A model generated the notes under the pieces. The model saw only the letters and a list, made by a program, of their open reading frames with translations. It did no database searches and had not been told where the DNA came from. A stretch of 60,438 nucleotides of DNA, counting the filler. It is 5 parts of 5 records of this genome, joined end to end, with 100 filler letters (N's around TTAATTAATTAA, not from the genome) between each part and the next. Parts side by side here need not be neighbours in the genome. Positions count along the whole stretch, not along the records: positions 35,645 to 49,655 come from SRR20825019_2187; positions 49,756 to 60,438 come from SRR20825019_2214; 3 more parts are not named here. One strand, given 5' to 3'. Made by a program: the position numbers and the translations under genes. This document shows, one piece after another, positions 42,022-52,308 of this stretch. The first letter of the stretch is position 1. Each line of letters starts with the position of its first letter.

Positions 42022-43029
42022 ATGTCCAGATGGAAATATACCAAGGGTCTGCACGATCTCGGCAACGGATGCTGGGGCTATCTGGTGCCGGATGGTTCAT
42101 GGGGCTGGTCGAATGCCGGGTTGATCGCCGATGGCGAGGCGACCCTGCTGGTCGACACGCTGTTCGATCTGAAATGCACCGGCGACATGCTGGCGGAAAT
42201 GCGCAACGCCGTGCCGGCTTCAGAAAAAATCGGTGTCCTCGTCAACACCCATGCCGACGGCGACCACACCTTCGGCAACCAGTTGGTCAAGGGTGCGCGC
42301 ATCATCGGCACGGAAGGCACGGTCAGCGATTTCAACCGCTTCGACCCCAAGGTTCTGCTCGCGGTTCAAAACGATCCGACGAAATTCGGCCGCTCCGGTG
42401 AGTTCATGGCCGAATGCTTCCGCCCGTTCGATTTCTCCGGCATCGAACTGACCCCGCCGACGGAGACCTTCAAGGATCGCATGACGATCAAGGTCGGCAA
42501 CAAGACGGTGGAGCTGATCGAGGTCGGCCCGTCCCATTCGCTGGGCGACGCGCTGATCTACGTGCCGGAGGACAAAATTCTCTACACCGGCGATATCCTG
42601 TTTTCCGCCGGCACGCCGATCGCCTGGTATGGCCCGATCGCCCGCTGGATCAGCGTCTGCAACATGGTGCTGGACATGGATGTCGATGTCATCGTCGCCG
42701 GCCATGGCCCGCTTTCCACCAAGGAAGACGTGCGCAAGATGCGCGACTATCTGCTCGACATCACCGAAAAGGCACGCCCGTTTTACGAGCAGGGCGTGGA
42801 TTACCTCGACGCCGCCTACAGGATCGATCTCGGCGAATATCGCGACTGGAACGACGCCGAACGCGTTGTCGTGACGCTGCGAACGCTGTATGACGATTTC
42901 GAGAATGCGCCGGTCCGCCCCACCCACGTGCCCATCCCCTTCTTCGAACAGATGAAGGCGATGCGCGAAAGCCTCGGCAAACCGCCGGTGCATCACGACT
43001 ATTGCAGCCATGATCATCATGATCACTGA
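42022..43029 (+). CDS. Metallo-beta-lactamase-fold hydrolase (cyclase-like) with His-rich tail
   Basis: SNAGL, THADGDHTFGN, SHSLGD, TGDILF, AGHG; ends HHDYCSHDHHDH. Confidence 0.85.
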   Translation: MSRWKYTKGLHDLGNGCWGYLVPDGSWGWSNAGLIADGEATLLVDTLFDLKCTGDMLAEMRNAVPASEKIGVLVNTHADGDHTFGNQLVKGARIIGTEGTVSDFNRFDPKVLLAVQNDPTKFGRSGEFMAECFRPFDFSGIELTPPTETFKDRMTIKVGNKTVELIEVGPSHSLGDALIYVPEDKILYTGDILFSAGTPIAWYGPIARWISVCNMVLDMDVDVIVAGHGPLSTKEDVRKMRDYLLDITEKARPFYEQGVDYLDAAYRIDLGEYRDWNDAERVVVTLRTLYDDFENAPVRPTHVPIPFFEQMKAMRESLGKPPVHHDYCSHDHHDH

Positions 43030-43047
43030 ACTTTTCGAGAGACATCC

Positions 43048-43644
43048 ATGAAGCTGTTCCACGCGCCCGGCGCCTGTTCCGATGGCATCGTTCTGCTCCT
43101 CGACATCATCGGCGAGCCCTATGACATTCACGAACTCGACGTGAAGAAGGGCGATCAGCGCCAGCCCGACTATCTCGCGATCAACCCGAAGGGCAAGGTT
43201 CCGGCACTCTTGCGCGACGACGGCAGGCTGCTGACAGAATTTCCGGCCATCGCCTTCTGGCTTGCCCGCAGATTTCCCGAGGCCGAATTGCTGCCGCAGG
43301 ATCCTGATGGCGAGGCAACGGCGCTCGAACTGCTCGACTTCATCGTGTCCTCGATCCACATGCGCGGCACCGCGCTGGTGATGCGGCCATCGGCTTTCGC
43401 GACCTCCCCCGAGGCGCAGGAAGAGGTAAAGGCGTTGGGTCGCCAGGCGATCGAGAAGGGGCTGGCGCAGCTTGAAAGGGAACTGGGCGACCAGCCGTTC
43501 CTGATGGGCGAACGCTTCACCCTGCCCGATGCCGCCGCTTATTATGTGCTGAGCTGGCAGCCCCGATACCAGGTGCCGCTCGGCGAGCAGCTTGAGGTCT
43601 ACTACGCCCGGCTTTCCGATCGTCCCGCAGCCCGAGCAAGATAG
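43048..43644 (+). CDS. Glutathione S-transferase (beta-class-like)
   Basis: PGACS, INPKGKVPAL, LTEFPAI, FTLPDA. Confidence 0.9.
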   Translation: MKLFHAPGACSDGIVLLLDIIGEPYDIHELDVKKGDQRQPDYLAINPKGKVPALLRDDGRLLTEFPAIAFWLARRFPEAELLPQDPDGEATALELLDFIVSSIHMRGTALVMRPSAFATSPEAQEEVKALGRQAIEKGLAQLERELGDQPFLMGERFTLPDAAAYYVLSWQPRYQVPLGEQLEVYYARLSDRPAARAR

Positions 43645-43649
43645 AATCT

Positions 43650-44843
43650 CTACGCCTCCCGCCACCCCGGCAGGTAGTTGACCATGTCCGCACCGGTAAA
43701 CCGGGCGAGCCGGCAAAGCTCGGCGTCGAGTTTTTCGAAACGGCCGGACGAGGCCCTCACGCCCGGCTCCAGCCACAGCTTGCGAACATCGAGCGAGGCG
43801 CGCTTGCGGTCGGCCTTCATGTCGATCCGTCCGATCAGGCGATCGCCTTCGATCAGCGGAAACACGTAATAGCCATATTGCCGCTTCGCCTCTGGCACGA
43901 AAATCTCGATCCGGTAGAAAAAGCTGAACAGCCGTTCCGCACGCGCCCGGTCGCGCAGCAGCGGATCGAACGGGCTCAGCACCCGCACGCGCGAGGGCGG
44001 CTCCGGCACATCGAAAATTTCCGACATCTCGTCGGCAAGCGCCACCGCCGCGCGCGGCCTTCCGCCGTCGACGGTCTCGACCAGCACCTCGGCAAGCTGA
44101 TCGGCATTGGCCTCCACCCAGGCTTTTGCCTCTTGCGGTGTGACGAGCGCGAAGAAGGCGGCAAGTTCCCCCGATGTCGCAAAGCCGAGACGGGAGAGCG
44201 CGGCGCGGCAGGCCCAGTCGACAAAGGCCTCGTGATCGACTTCGGCAAGCCGATACTGATCGGGGATCACGCGTTCGGCCAGATCATAGGCCTTCTGGAA
44301 ATTGACCCGGTGGCAGATCGCGAAATGGCCGGTGCGCCAGTGATATTCAAGCGCGGTCTTGGCCGGATGCCAGTTCCACCAGCCGCCGGAAACGTGATCG
44401 TCCTGCTTCAGTTCGCGCGAAAATATCGGACCGTTCGCCCTCACCTCGTCATAGGTCTCCTCGAACGCTGTGGCAAAGCCCTCCCCCTGCCATTTGCGCC
44501 AGCGCTCCCTCAGGCGCTCCTCCTCGCGCCGGAACCTGTGTTTCCAGTAGGGATAGAATTTCACCGGTATGAAGGAGGCATCATGGGTCCAATGCTCGAA
44601 CAGCGCCCTGTCGCGCTCCAGCAATGCGCCGAGATGCTCGCGGCGGAACGTCTGGTTGCGCGAAAACAGGATCAGGTCGTGGGCGCGTTCGACGGTGCGG
44701 ATCGAATCCACCTGAACGAAGCCGATCGCCTCGATCAGGTCGAGAAGCGCGGCCTTGTCCATCGCCCTGCCGGGCGGCGCGGACAATCCCTGTCGGGCAA
44801 GAAAGATGCGCCGGGCGTCGGCGTTCGATATCGTGATCGTCAT
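43650..44843 (-). CDS. ycaQ: YcaQ-like (HTH_42) interstrand-crosslink DNA glycosylase
   Basis: GFVQVDSI (QxD), FEHWTHDAS, LSPFDPL, YRIEIFVPEAKRQYGYYV. Confidence 0.85.
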   Translation of the reverse strand: MTITISNADARRIFLARQGLSAPPGRAMDKAALLDLIEAIGFVQVDSIRTVERAHDLILFSRNQTFRREHLGALLERDRALFEHWTHDASFIPVKFYPYWKHRFRREEERLRERWRKWQGEGFATAFEETYDEVRANGPIFSRELKQDDHVSGGWWNWHPAKTALEYHWRTGHFAICHRVNFQKAYDLAERVIPDQYRLAEVDHEAFVDWACRAALSRLGFATSGELAAFFALVTPQEAKAWVEANADQLAEVLVETVDGGRPRAAVALADEMSEIFDVPEPPSRVRVLSPFDPLLRDRARAERLFSFFYRIEIFVPEAKRQYGYYVFPLIEGDRLIGRIDMKADRKRASLDVRKLWLEPGVRASSGRFEKLDAELCRLARFTGADMVNYLPGWREA

Positions 44844-44971
44844 GGCGCGAGCGTAATCCGATTCGGACAAAATAAGAACATCCGATTACCCTCGCTCGGC
44901 CGGGAAGGCGCGGGCCCTTCCGAAACCGGACATTCATGCCTATAAGAGGGGAAAACTGGCCGGGGGCGAGA

Positions 44972-45649
44972 TTGCAGATCGAATTCAACGAAGCCGGCGT
45001 CACCCATGAAGGCCGGGTGGCGCTCCATCCCCTGACGCTGACGCTGACCGGCCGCAGGATCGGCGTGATCGGGCTCAACGGCTCCGGCAAGACCACCTTC
45101 GCCCGGCTGATCAACGGCCTGACCCGGCCCACGACCGGCGCCGTCGCGCTCAACGGGCGCGATACCGTGGCCGCAACCCAGGAGGTAATGGCGGATGCGG
45201 GCTTCGTGTTTCAGTCGCCGCAGAACCAGATCATCCTGCCGATCCTCCAGGACGATATCGAACTCGGCCTGAAGGCGCGCGGCGTTGCCAGGGCGAAGAT
45301 CGGCGAGCGCGCGCTGGAGGCGCTCGCCCGGCTCGGCATCGCCCATCTCGCCAGACGCCGCGCCCATGAGCTTTCCGGCGGAGAGCTTCAGCTTGCAGCC
45401 CTTGCAGCGGTGCTCGCGACCCGGCCCTCTCTGGTGATCCTCGATGAGCCGACCAACCAGCTCGACCTCCAGAACCGCCGCCGCGTCGCCGATACAATCG
45501 AGGCGCTTGACGAGGATGTGATCGTCGTCTCCCATGATCTCTCGGTGCTTGGCGATTTCGAGCGGGTGCTGCTGTTCCATGAGGGACGGCTTGCCGGAGA
45601 CGGCGCGCCGCAAGACGTGATCGCGCAATACCAGGCGATGAACCGCTGA
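44972..45649 (+). CDS. bioM: Biotin ECF transporter ATPase
   Basis: GLNGSGKT, LSGGE, LDEP; in operon with bioN and bioY. Confidence 0.85.
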   Translation: MQIEFNEAGVTHEGRVALHPLTLTLTGRRIGVIGLNGSGKTTFARLINGLTRPTTGAVALNGRDTVAATQEVMADAGFVFQSPQNQIILPILQDDIELGLKARGVARAKIGERALEALARLGIAHLARRRAHELSGGELQLAALAAVLATRPSLVILDEPTNQLDLQNRRRVADTIEALDEDVIVVSHDLSVLGDFERVLLFHEGRLAGDGAPQDVIAQYQAMNR

Positions 45650-46269
45650 TGCAGTCGCTTTATATCGAGGCAGACAGCATTCTCCACCGGCTCAGGCCGG
45701 GCGTGAAGGTCGGCGGCCTGATCGTGTTTTCGCTCGCCGTGTTCGTGACCGAAAACCTGCCGGTACTCGCAGGCTTTGCCGCGCTCGCCGCTTTCGTCTA
45801 CTTCACCCTGCCGATGCGGCTTCGAACGGCACTGGCGCGGCTGGTGCCGATGGCGTTGGCCATCCTGCTCGTCGGCGGTTTCAGCCTGATCTTCAACCCT
45901 TGGCAGCAGGCGCTGGCATCCGTGCTCCGGCTTTCCGCGCTGATGCTGGCGGCCGCCGCCATCACCGCGGCGACCTCCGTTCCGGCCTTTATCGACACCA
46001 TCACCCGCGCCGCCCGGCCGCTTGAGAAGGCCGGGCTGGTGCGCGCCGCCGATATCGGGCTTGCGGTCGGACTTGTCATTCGCTTCGTCCCGGATATTCT
46101 CTCCCGTTATGGCGCGATCCGCGATGCCCACCGGGCCCGGGGCATAAGGTTTCGGCCGGCAGGCGCGATTGTGCCGCTGATCATCTTGACCTTGCGGGAT
46201 GCCGACAGTATCGCCGATGCCATCGATGCCCGTGGCATTCGCCGCGAAGACAAAAGGAACTTGCAATGA
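45649..46269 (+). CDS. bioN: Biotin ECF transporter T component
   Basis: CbiQ-like, with ARG motifs AHRARG and AIDARG. Confidence 0.85.
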   Translation: MQSLYIEADSILHRLRPGVKVGGLIVFSLAVFVTENLPVLAGFAALAAFVYFTLPMRLRTALARLVPMALAILLVGGFSLIFNPWQQALASVLRLSALMLAAAAITAATSVPAFIDTITRAARPLEKAGLVRAADIGLAVGLVIRFVPDILSRYGAIRDAHRARGIRFRPAGAIVPLIILTLRDADSIADAIDARGIRREDKRNLQ

Positions 46270-46838
46270 ACTCACGCGATCTGGTTCTGGTGTCGCTGTT
46301 TGCGGCGATCATCGTGGTGCTCGGCATGCTGCCGGCAATACCGCTCGCATTTATTCCCGTTCCGATCACCGCCCAGACGCTCGGCGTCATGCTCGCTGGC
46401 CTGATCCTCGGGCGCAGGCGCGGTGCTGCCGCCGTGCTGGTGGTGTTCGTGCTGGTCGCGATCGGTCTTCCGGTGCTTGCCGGCGGGCGCGGCGGGCTCG
46501 GCAGTTTCGCAGCGCCGACGGCGGGCTTCCTCGTCGGCTGGCTGCCGGCGGCCTATGTCGCGGGCGCGCTTGCCGAATACGCGGCGGAAACCGCAAATCC
46601 GCTGCGCCAGACCTTCGGTTTCTTCATCGCAGCGGTCGCCGGCGGCGTTGTGGTCGAATATTTCTTCGGCATCGCCTGGCTTGCCTACGGCATCGGCATG
46701 GGCATTTCGCCAGCGGTCGCGGGCACGATGAGCTTCGTGCCGGGCGATCTGATCAAGGCGGTGCTGGCGGCCCTTGCGGCGCGCACCGTCATGCTCGGCT
46801 ATCCGCTCCTGCCGAAGAAGCTCTCGAGCGAAGGTTAG
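46266..46838 (+). CDS. bioY: Biotin ECF S component
   Basis: PVPITAQTLGV, GLPVLAGGRGG, PTAGF, PGDLIK. Confidence 0.92.
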   Translation: MNSRDLVLVSLFAAIIVVLGMLPAIPLAFIPVPITAQTLGVMLAGLILGRRRGAAAVLVVFVLVAIGLPVLAGGRGGLGSFAAPTAGFLVGWLPAAYVAGALAEYAAETANPLRQTFGFFIAAVAGGVVVEYFFGIAWLAYGIGMGISPAVAGTMSFVPGDLIKAVLAALAARTVMLGYPLLPKKLSSEG

Positions 46839-46869
46839 AGCCTATCCAGACGGGAAACCGCCCGGCGCG

Positions 46870-47268
46870 CTAATCGAGAAACGAAAACAGCCAGTCCCGC
46901 GTTGCTTCCGGCAGCGGGGCCGGTTCGCCGCTTACGCGATGGACCGCTGTCCACAGCAATTCGACCTCGGCGGCGATCTGGTTTCCTGCTTGCACCGCGA
47001 CATTGAAGCCGATCGACTTGCCGCCGATCTTTGCCGCCCGCACGACCAGATCCGCGGTCTCGCCATTTCTGAGCCCGCGATAGAACGTGCAGCCGACCTT
47101 GCGCACCACATAGGCCGGTTCGTTGGCCACTTCCGGACGGTACTGCCAGAACCGCGCAAGCGCCTCTTCGGCATGCTCGATATAGGCGGCGGTGTGCATG
47201 CGCCCGTGCATGTCGATATCGCGATAGGGAACGCGAAGTTCCGTTCTTTCAGGATGAAGTTCATCCAT
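46870..47268 (-). CDS. 4HBT-like acyl-CoA thioesterase
   Basis: VPYRDIDMHGRMH..AY hotdog motif. Confidence 0.8.
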   Translation of the reverse strand: MDELHPERTELRVPYRDIDMHGRMHTAAYIEHAEEALARFWQYRPEVANEPAYVVRKVGCTFYRGLRNGETADLVVRAAKIGGKSIGFNVAVQAGNQIAAEVELLWTAVHRVSGEPAPLPEATRDWLFSFLD

Positions 47269-47509
47269 GGGCCACACCTTCCCGGCGTCAGAGGACGCCG
47301 TTACGCACGTTTTAACCGGCTTTTCGCATGGCGCAGGCCTGCGGCAATGCGAAAAATCTCAGCGTTCTATAGAACCTTTCGATCCCAAACGCCATGATAT
47401 GGTTATCTGATGGTTAGCAAGCGCGCCGCTTGACTTGCAATCGCGCCGGTGAACATTACCTTGCCGGAACGAAGAACGCGCGATAATCGGTAAAGCAAGA
47501 GGCCAGATC

Positions 47510-47764
47510 ATGACGGAAGCAACAAAACCGAAAGACGTAACCGGTCTCAGCTTCGAGCGCGCGGTCGAGGAACTCGAATCGATTGTCGCCCGGCTGGAAC
47601 GCGGCGATGTTGCGCTGGAAGAATCGATTGCGATCTATGCCCGTGGCGAGGCCTTGAAAAAGCACTGCGAAAAGCTTCTGAGCGCGGCCGAAGCCAGAGT
47701 CGAGAAAATCCGTCTCGATCGCGATGGCAAGCCGGCGGGAACCGAACCGCTCGACCCGCAGTAG
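47510..47764 (+). CDS. xseB: Exodeoxyribonuclease VII small subunit
   Basis: [28 protein letters not shown]. Confidence 0.95.
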   Translation: MTEATKPKDVTGLSFERAVEELESIVARLERGDVALEESIAIYARGEALKKHCEKLLSAAEARVEKIRLDRDGKPAGTEPLDPQ

Positions 47765-47798
47765 AGATCGGCGCAAACCGGCGCCCGGAGGATCGGAA

Positions 47799-48728
47799 AT
47801 GTCGTTTTTTCCCGGGAAAGATCCCGAATTCGGCGACGCCGCGAGCTGCAATGACGTCACCCAGCTGATCATTCCGCGCACCAGCGATATCGGCGGGTTC
47901 GAGGTACGGCGCGCGCTTCCGACGATCAAGCGCCGGCTCGTCGGTCCGTTCATCTTCTTCGACCGCATGGGCCCGGCTCGTTTCAGTGGACATGGCGAGG
48001 CGCTCGACGTCAAGCCGCACCCCCATATCGGGCTCTCCACCGTCACCTACCTCACCTCCGGCGAGATCGGCCATCGCGATACGCTCGGCAACCACACCGT
48101 CATCCGACCCGGCGACGTCAATCTGATGACGGCGGGGCGCGGCATCGTCCACTCGGAGCGCACGCCCGAGGACCTGCGCCTGCGCCCGCATGCGCTTTCG
48201 GGCGTGCAGACCTGGCTCGCCCTGCCGGAACATGACGAGGAGATCGATCCGAGCTTCGGGCATACCGAGAAGAACGCGCTGCCAACCATTTCGGACACCG
48301 GCGTCAGCGGACGTCTGGTGCTCGGCCATTTCTGCGGCATGAAGGCGGATGTGAAAACCTTCACCGATACGCTTCTGGCCGATATCGCGCTTCGCCCCGG
48401 CGCCCGGCTTTCGTTTCCCGCCGAGCATGAGGAACGCGCGATCTATATCCTCGAAGGCCGGCTCAGCATTGCCGGCGACGTTTTCGACTCCGAGCAGTTG
48501 CTGGTGCTTGCCCCCAACGATCCGATCACAATCGAGGGAGCGGGGGAACACGGATGCCGTCTCATGCTTTTTGGTGGAGAGGCGTTGGAAAAGCCGCGCC
48601 ATATCTGGTGGAATTTCGTGTCGTCCTCGAAGGAACGGATAGAACAGGCGAAGGAAGACTGGCGACAGGGTCGCTTCGGACTGGTGCCGGGAGACGAGCA
48701 GGAATTTGTTCCTTTGCCCGAACGCTGA
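47799..48728 (+). CDS. Pirin family protein
   Basis: GPFIFFD, PHPHIG, MTAGRGIVHSE, WWNFVSS. Confidence 0.93.
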   Translation: MSFFPGKDPEFGDAASCNDVTQLIIPRTSDIGGFEVRRALPTIKRRLVGPFIFFDRMGPARFSGHGEALDVKPHPHIGLSTVTYLTSGEIGHRDTLGNHTVIRPGDVNLMTAGRGIVHSERTPEDLRLRPHALSGVQTWLALPEHDEEIDPSFGHTEKNALPTISDTGVSGRLVLGHFCGMKADVKTFTDTLLADIALRPGARLSFPAEHEERAIYILEGRLSIAGDVFDSEQLLVLAPNDPITIEGAGEHGCRLMLFGGEALEKPRHIWWNFVSSSKERIEQAKEDWRQGRFGLVPGDEQEFVPLPER

Positions 48729-48788
48729 AATTCGCTAGAAACGATTTAGAAGAAAACGACGCCCCGTTGGGCGTATGAGGCTCGCATC

Positions 48789-49655
48789 GTGACGCTACCG
48801 TCAAAAACCTCCATTCTCGACCGGATCAGGCTGCCCGCGGACCTTCGCGAAATCCACGACCGCGACCTGCCGCAGCTTGCCGACGAGGTGCGCGCGGAGA
48901 TGATATCGTCGGTATCGCGCACCGGCGGGCATCTTGGCGCCGGCCTCGGCGTGGTCGAGCTGACGATCGCGATCCACAAGGTGTTCAACACCCCGGACGA
49001 CCGCCTGATCTTCGATGTCGGCCACCAGTGCTATCCGCACAAGATCCTCACGGGACGGCGCGAGCGGATGACGACGCTGCGCCAGGAAAACGGGATTTCC
49101 GGTTTCACCCGGAGGGCCGAAAGCGAATACGACCCCTTCGGCGCCGGTCATTCCTCCACGTCGATCTCCGCCGGACTCGGCATGGCAGTCGCCTCGAAGC
49201 TCCAGGATCGGCCCCGCAACGTGATCTCCGTCATCGGCGACGGCGCGATGTCGGCGGGCATGGCCTATGAGGCGCTCAACAATGCCGGCGCGCTCGGTGC
49301 GCGCCAGATCGTGATCCTCAATGACAACGACATGTCGATTGCGCGCCCAACCGGGGCGATGAGCGCCTATCTGGCGCGGCTCGCCTCCGGCAAGACCTAT
49401 CTCGAGGTCCGCGATTTCGGCAAGCGGTTGACCTCCTATCTCGGCAAGTCGATCGACCGGGCGATCTCGCGCGCCGTCGGCCATGCCCGTGGGTACGTCA
49501 CCGGCGGCACCATGTTCGAGGAGCTTGGCTTCTACCATATCGGCCCGATCGACGGTCACTCCTTCGACCATCTCCTGCCGGTGCTGCGCAATGCCCGCGA
49601 CAATGCCCGCGGCCCGGTGCTGATCCATGTCGTGACCCAGAAGGGCAAGGGCTAT
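48789..49655 (+). CDS. dxs: 1-deoxy-D-xylulose-5-phosphate synthase (3' truncated)
   Basis: [41 protein letters not shown]. Confidence 0.96.
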
Positions 49656-49755
49656 NNNNNNNNNNNNNNNNNNNNNNNNNNNNNNNNNNNNNNNNNNNNT
49701 TAATTAATTAANNNNNNNNNNNNNNNNNNNNNNNNNNNNNNNNNNNNNNNNNNNN
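49656..49755. other. Artificial contig spacer
   Basis: 44 N + TTAATTAATTAA + 44 N. Confidence 0.99.
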
Positions 49756-50272
49756 CGAGATCGTTGGTGGGGCGATTCCCAAGGAATTCATCAAGCCGGC
49801 TACGGACGGTTTGATGGAAGGTTGTAACAATGGTGTTGTCGCCGGCTACCCGGTAGTCGACTTGAAGATGCGCATTGTCGACGGCTCGTTCCATGACGTG
49901 GACTCCTCTGAAATGGCCTTTAAGATGGCTGGTATCTTCGCCTTCAAGGAAGCGATGAAGAATGCACAACCTATCTTGCTTGAGCCAATCATGACCGTCG
50001 AAATCACAACTCCTGAGGAATATCAGGGTGACTTGATGGGTGATATCAATCGTCGTCGTGGTCAGATTCAGGGTATTGAGAACAAGAATGCGGCGGCGAT
50101 CGTCACTTCACATGTTCCTCTCGAGATGCTCTTCGGTTATGTGACCGACATTCGTTCACTTTCCAAGGGTCGCGCGAGCGCTTCTATCACACCGTCTCAC
50201 TTCGAGCAGGTTCCTAATTCTATTCTCTCTTCGATTGTCGAGTCGTCCACCAAGGCGCCCGCTCGCACTTAA
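49756..50272 (+). CDS. fusA: Elongation factor G, C-terminal part
   Basis: GGAIPKEFI, DGSFHDVDSSEMAF, LLEPIM. Confidence 0.96.
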
Positions 50273-50290
50273 CACCCGTTCTTTCCGATC

Positions 50291-50599
50291 ATGAAAGGTC
50301 AACGCATTCGCATTAAACTCCAAGGCTTCGACTATCGAGTAATCGATCAGTCCGCCGTCGAGATCGTCGAAACCGCCAAGCGCTCCGGCGCCCGTGTTTC
50401 CGGTCCCATTCCGCTGCCCACCCGCATCGAAAAATTGACGGTGAACCGCTCCCCGCACGTGGACAAGAAATCCATGGAGCAGTTTGAATCCCGCACTCAC
50501 AAACGTCTTATCGATATCATTGAGCCCACCGCTCAAACCGTCGATGAGCTCAAAAAACTCAATCTCCCCTCAGGCGTCGATATCTCTATCAACGTATAA
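50291..50599 (+). CDS. rpsJ: 30S ribosomal protein S10
   Basis: [16 protein letters not shown]. Confidence 0.98.
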   Translation: MKGQRIRIKLQGFDYRVIDQSAVEIVETAKRSGARVSGPIPLPTRIEKLTVNRSPHVDKKSMEQFESRTHKRLIDIIEPTAQTVDELKKLNLPSGVDISINV

Positions 50600-50703
50600 T
50601 CTCGAAACTACACAGTTAGCAGCAGCCCATGTGCGTGAATCACGCACCTCTGAGCCTCTCTAATGTAGGTTTTAAACGGAATAATCCACCTACCGCTTAG
50701 CTT

Positions 50704-51351
50704 ATGATCACATCGCTTTTAGGTAAAAAAATCGGCATGACGCAGGTCTTCGACGCTAATAACGTCCTGACCCCGGTCACTGTTGTTGAAGCAGGTCCCT
50801 GCTCGGTCGTCCAAGTAAAGACGACGGAGTCCGATGGCTATAACGCCGTCCAATTGGGCTTCGCTCAGAAGAAAATCAAAAACACCTCCCTCGCTGAATT
50901 GAATCATGCGAAGAAGGCCGGACTTGAAGCCGCTCCACGTGTGCTGACAGAGATCCGCCTTACCGAGGCTACCGACGCCAAGCTTGGCGACGTGATTACG
51001 GTCGATGCCTTCCAGGAAGGTCAGATCGTTGACGTTCTCGGCGTGAGCAAGGGTAAGGGCTTCGCTGGCGTTGTGAAACGTTATCGTGTCAAGGGCGGTC
51101 CCGCCACTCACGGTTCGATGTTCCATCGCCGCGTGGGTTCGGTCGGTATGCGCCAAACTCCCGGCCGCGTTTGGAAGAACCAAATCATGCCCGGTCACAT
51201 GGGTAGCAAAAGCCGCACCGTGCAGAATCTGCGCGTCGTGCAAGTGATCAGTGACAAGAATCTCATTCTCGTCAAAGGCGCCATTCCCGGTGCAAACGGT
51301 GACGACGTCCTCGTCCGCACGGCCATTAAGGGCCAACGCAAGAGCGCTTAA
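50704..51351 (+). CDS. rplC: 50S ribosomal protein L3
   Basis: GKKIGMTQ, SKGKGFAG. Confidence 0.98.
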   Translation: MITSLLGKKIGMTQVFDANNVLTPVTVVEAGPCSVVQVKTTESDGYNAVQLGFAQKKIKNTSLAELNHAKKAGLEAAPRVLTEIRLTEATDAKLGDVITVDAFQEGQIVDVLGVSKGKGFAGVVKRYRVKGGPATHGSMFHRRVGSVGMRQTPGRVWKNQIMPGHMGSKSRTVQNLRVVQVISDKNLILVKGAIPGANGDDVLVRTAIKGQRKSA

Positions 51352-51368
51352 TCAGGAGGACACCCAGT

Positions 51369-52004
51369 ATGAAACTTAAAGTATTTAGCTCCGATGGCAA
51401 AACCAGCAGCGAAAAGGAATTCGCTGATTTGCCTACCTTCGAAGGCGATAAGGGCCTTCAAGCCCTTAAGGAAGTGATCGTCGCGATCAACGCCAATAAC
51501 CGTCAAGGCACCCATTCCACGAAAACACGCGGAGAAGTCAGTGGTGGTGGTAAGAAGCCATGGCGTCAAAAGGGAACGGGTCGCGCTCGCGCCGGTTCCA
51601 ATCGCTCCCCAATTTGGGTTGGTGGCGGTGTCGTTTTCGGTCCCAAGCCGCGTGATTACTCCAAGAAGATCAATCACAAGGTGAAGCATCTCGCTTTCAG
51701 TCGCGCTCTGTTTGACCGCGTCTCGGCCGGTGAAGTTTCGGTCATCGAACAATTTGCCGTCGAACAGCCCAAGACAAAGGTCATCAACGAAGTGCTCGGC
51801 CGGATCGCTCCCAAGGGTAAGGTTCTCTTGGTCGATGCGCCATTCGCTCGCGAGACCGCTTTGGCCGCCCGCAATATCGACCGGGTTTATCTGCAGGAAG
51901 CTGCAGAGCTTAACAGTCTGGATTTGGCCCAATACGGCACGATCCTCGTGAGCACGACTGCTCTCGAAACCATTATCGCCCGCATCAACGGAGGTAAGAA
52001 ATAA
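51369..52004 (+). CDS. rplD: 50S ribosomal protein L4
   Basis: [14 protein letters not shown]. Confidence 0.98.
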   Translation: MKLKVFSSDGKTSSEKEFADLPTFEGDKGLQALKEVIVAINANNRQGTHSTKTRGEVSGGGKKPWRQKGTGRARAGSNRSPIWVGGGVVFGPKPRDYSKKINHKVKHLAFSRALFDRVSAGEVSVIEQFAVEQPKTKVINEVLGRIAPKGKVLLVDAPFARETALAARNIDRVYLQEAAELNSLDLAQYGTILVSTTALETIIARINGGKK

Positions 52005-52285
52005 TGAACGCCGATAAAGTGCTCAAACATCTTCGTCTCACGGAGAAATCCAGCAAGCAATCCGCTGAACTGGGACAATACACCTTCGAGGTTTTCGTCG
52101 ATGCGAATAAACACGCGATCGCCCTCGCCGTGGAGCAGACTTTCAAAGTCTCGGTCCGCCGGGTGAATGTCCAAAATTACGCCGGTAAAACCAAGCGCGG
52201 CCGCACCGGACGCACCACGACCGGTTCCGCTTACAAGAAGGCGATCGTCACCTTGAAGGCCGGCGATCAGATCGAGCTCGTCTGA
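52004..52285 (+). CDS. rplW: 50S ribosomal protein L23
   Basis: [12 protein letters not shown]; operon position. Confidence 0.97.
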   Translation: MNADKVLKHLRLTEKSSKQSAELGQYTFEVFVDANKHAIALAVEQTFKVSVRRVNVQNYAGKTKRGRTGRTTTGSAYKKAIVTLKAGDQIELV

Positions 52286-52308
52286 GCCCAACCCGGAGAA
52301 AAGCCATC

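Noticed and set aside
47510-49655. xseB-pirin-dxs without ispA
   Set aside because: To my knowledge an ordinary arrangement in Rhizobiaceae.
9466-49755. Four identical TTAATTAATTAA motifs within N runs
   Set aside because: Artificial six-frame-stop contig linkers. Adjacency across them has no biological meaning, so no cross-kingdom transfer is inferred.
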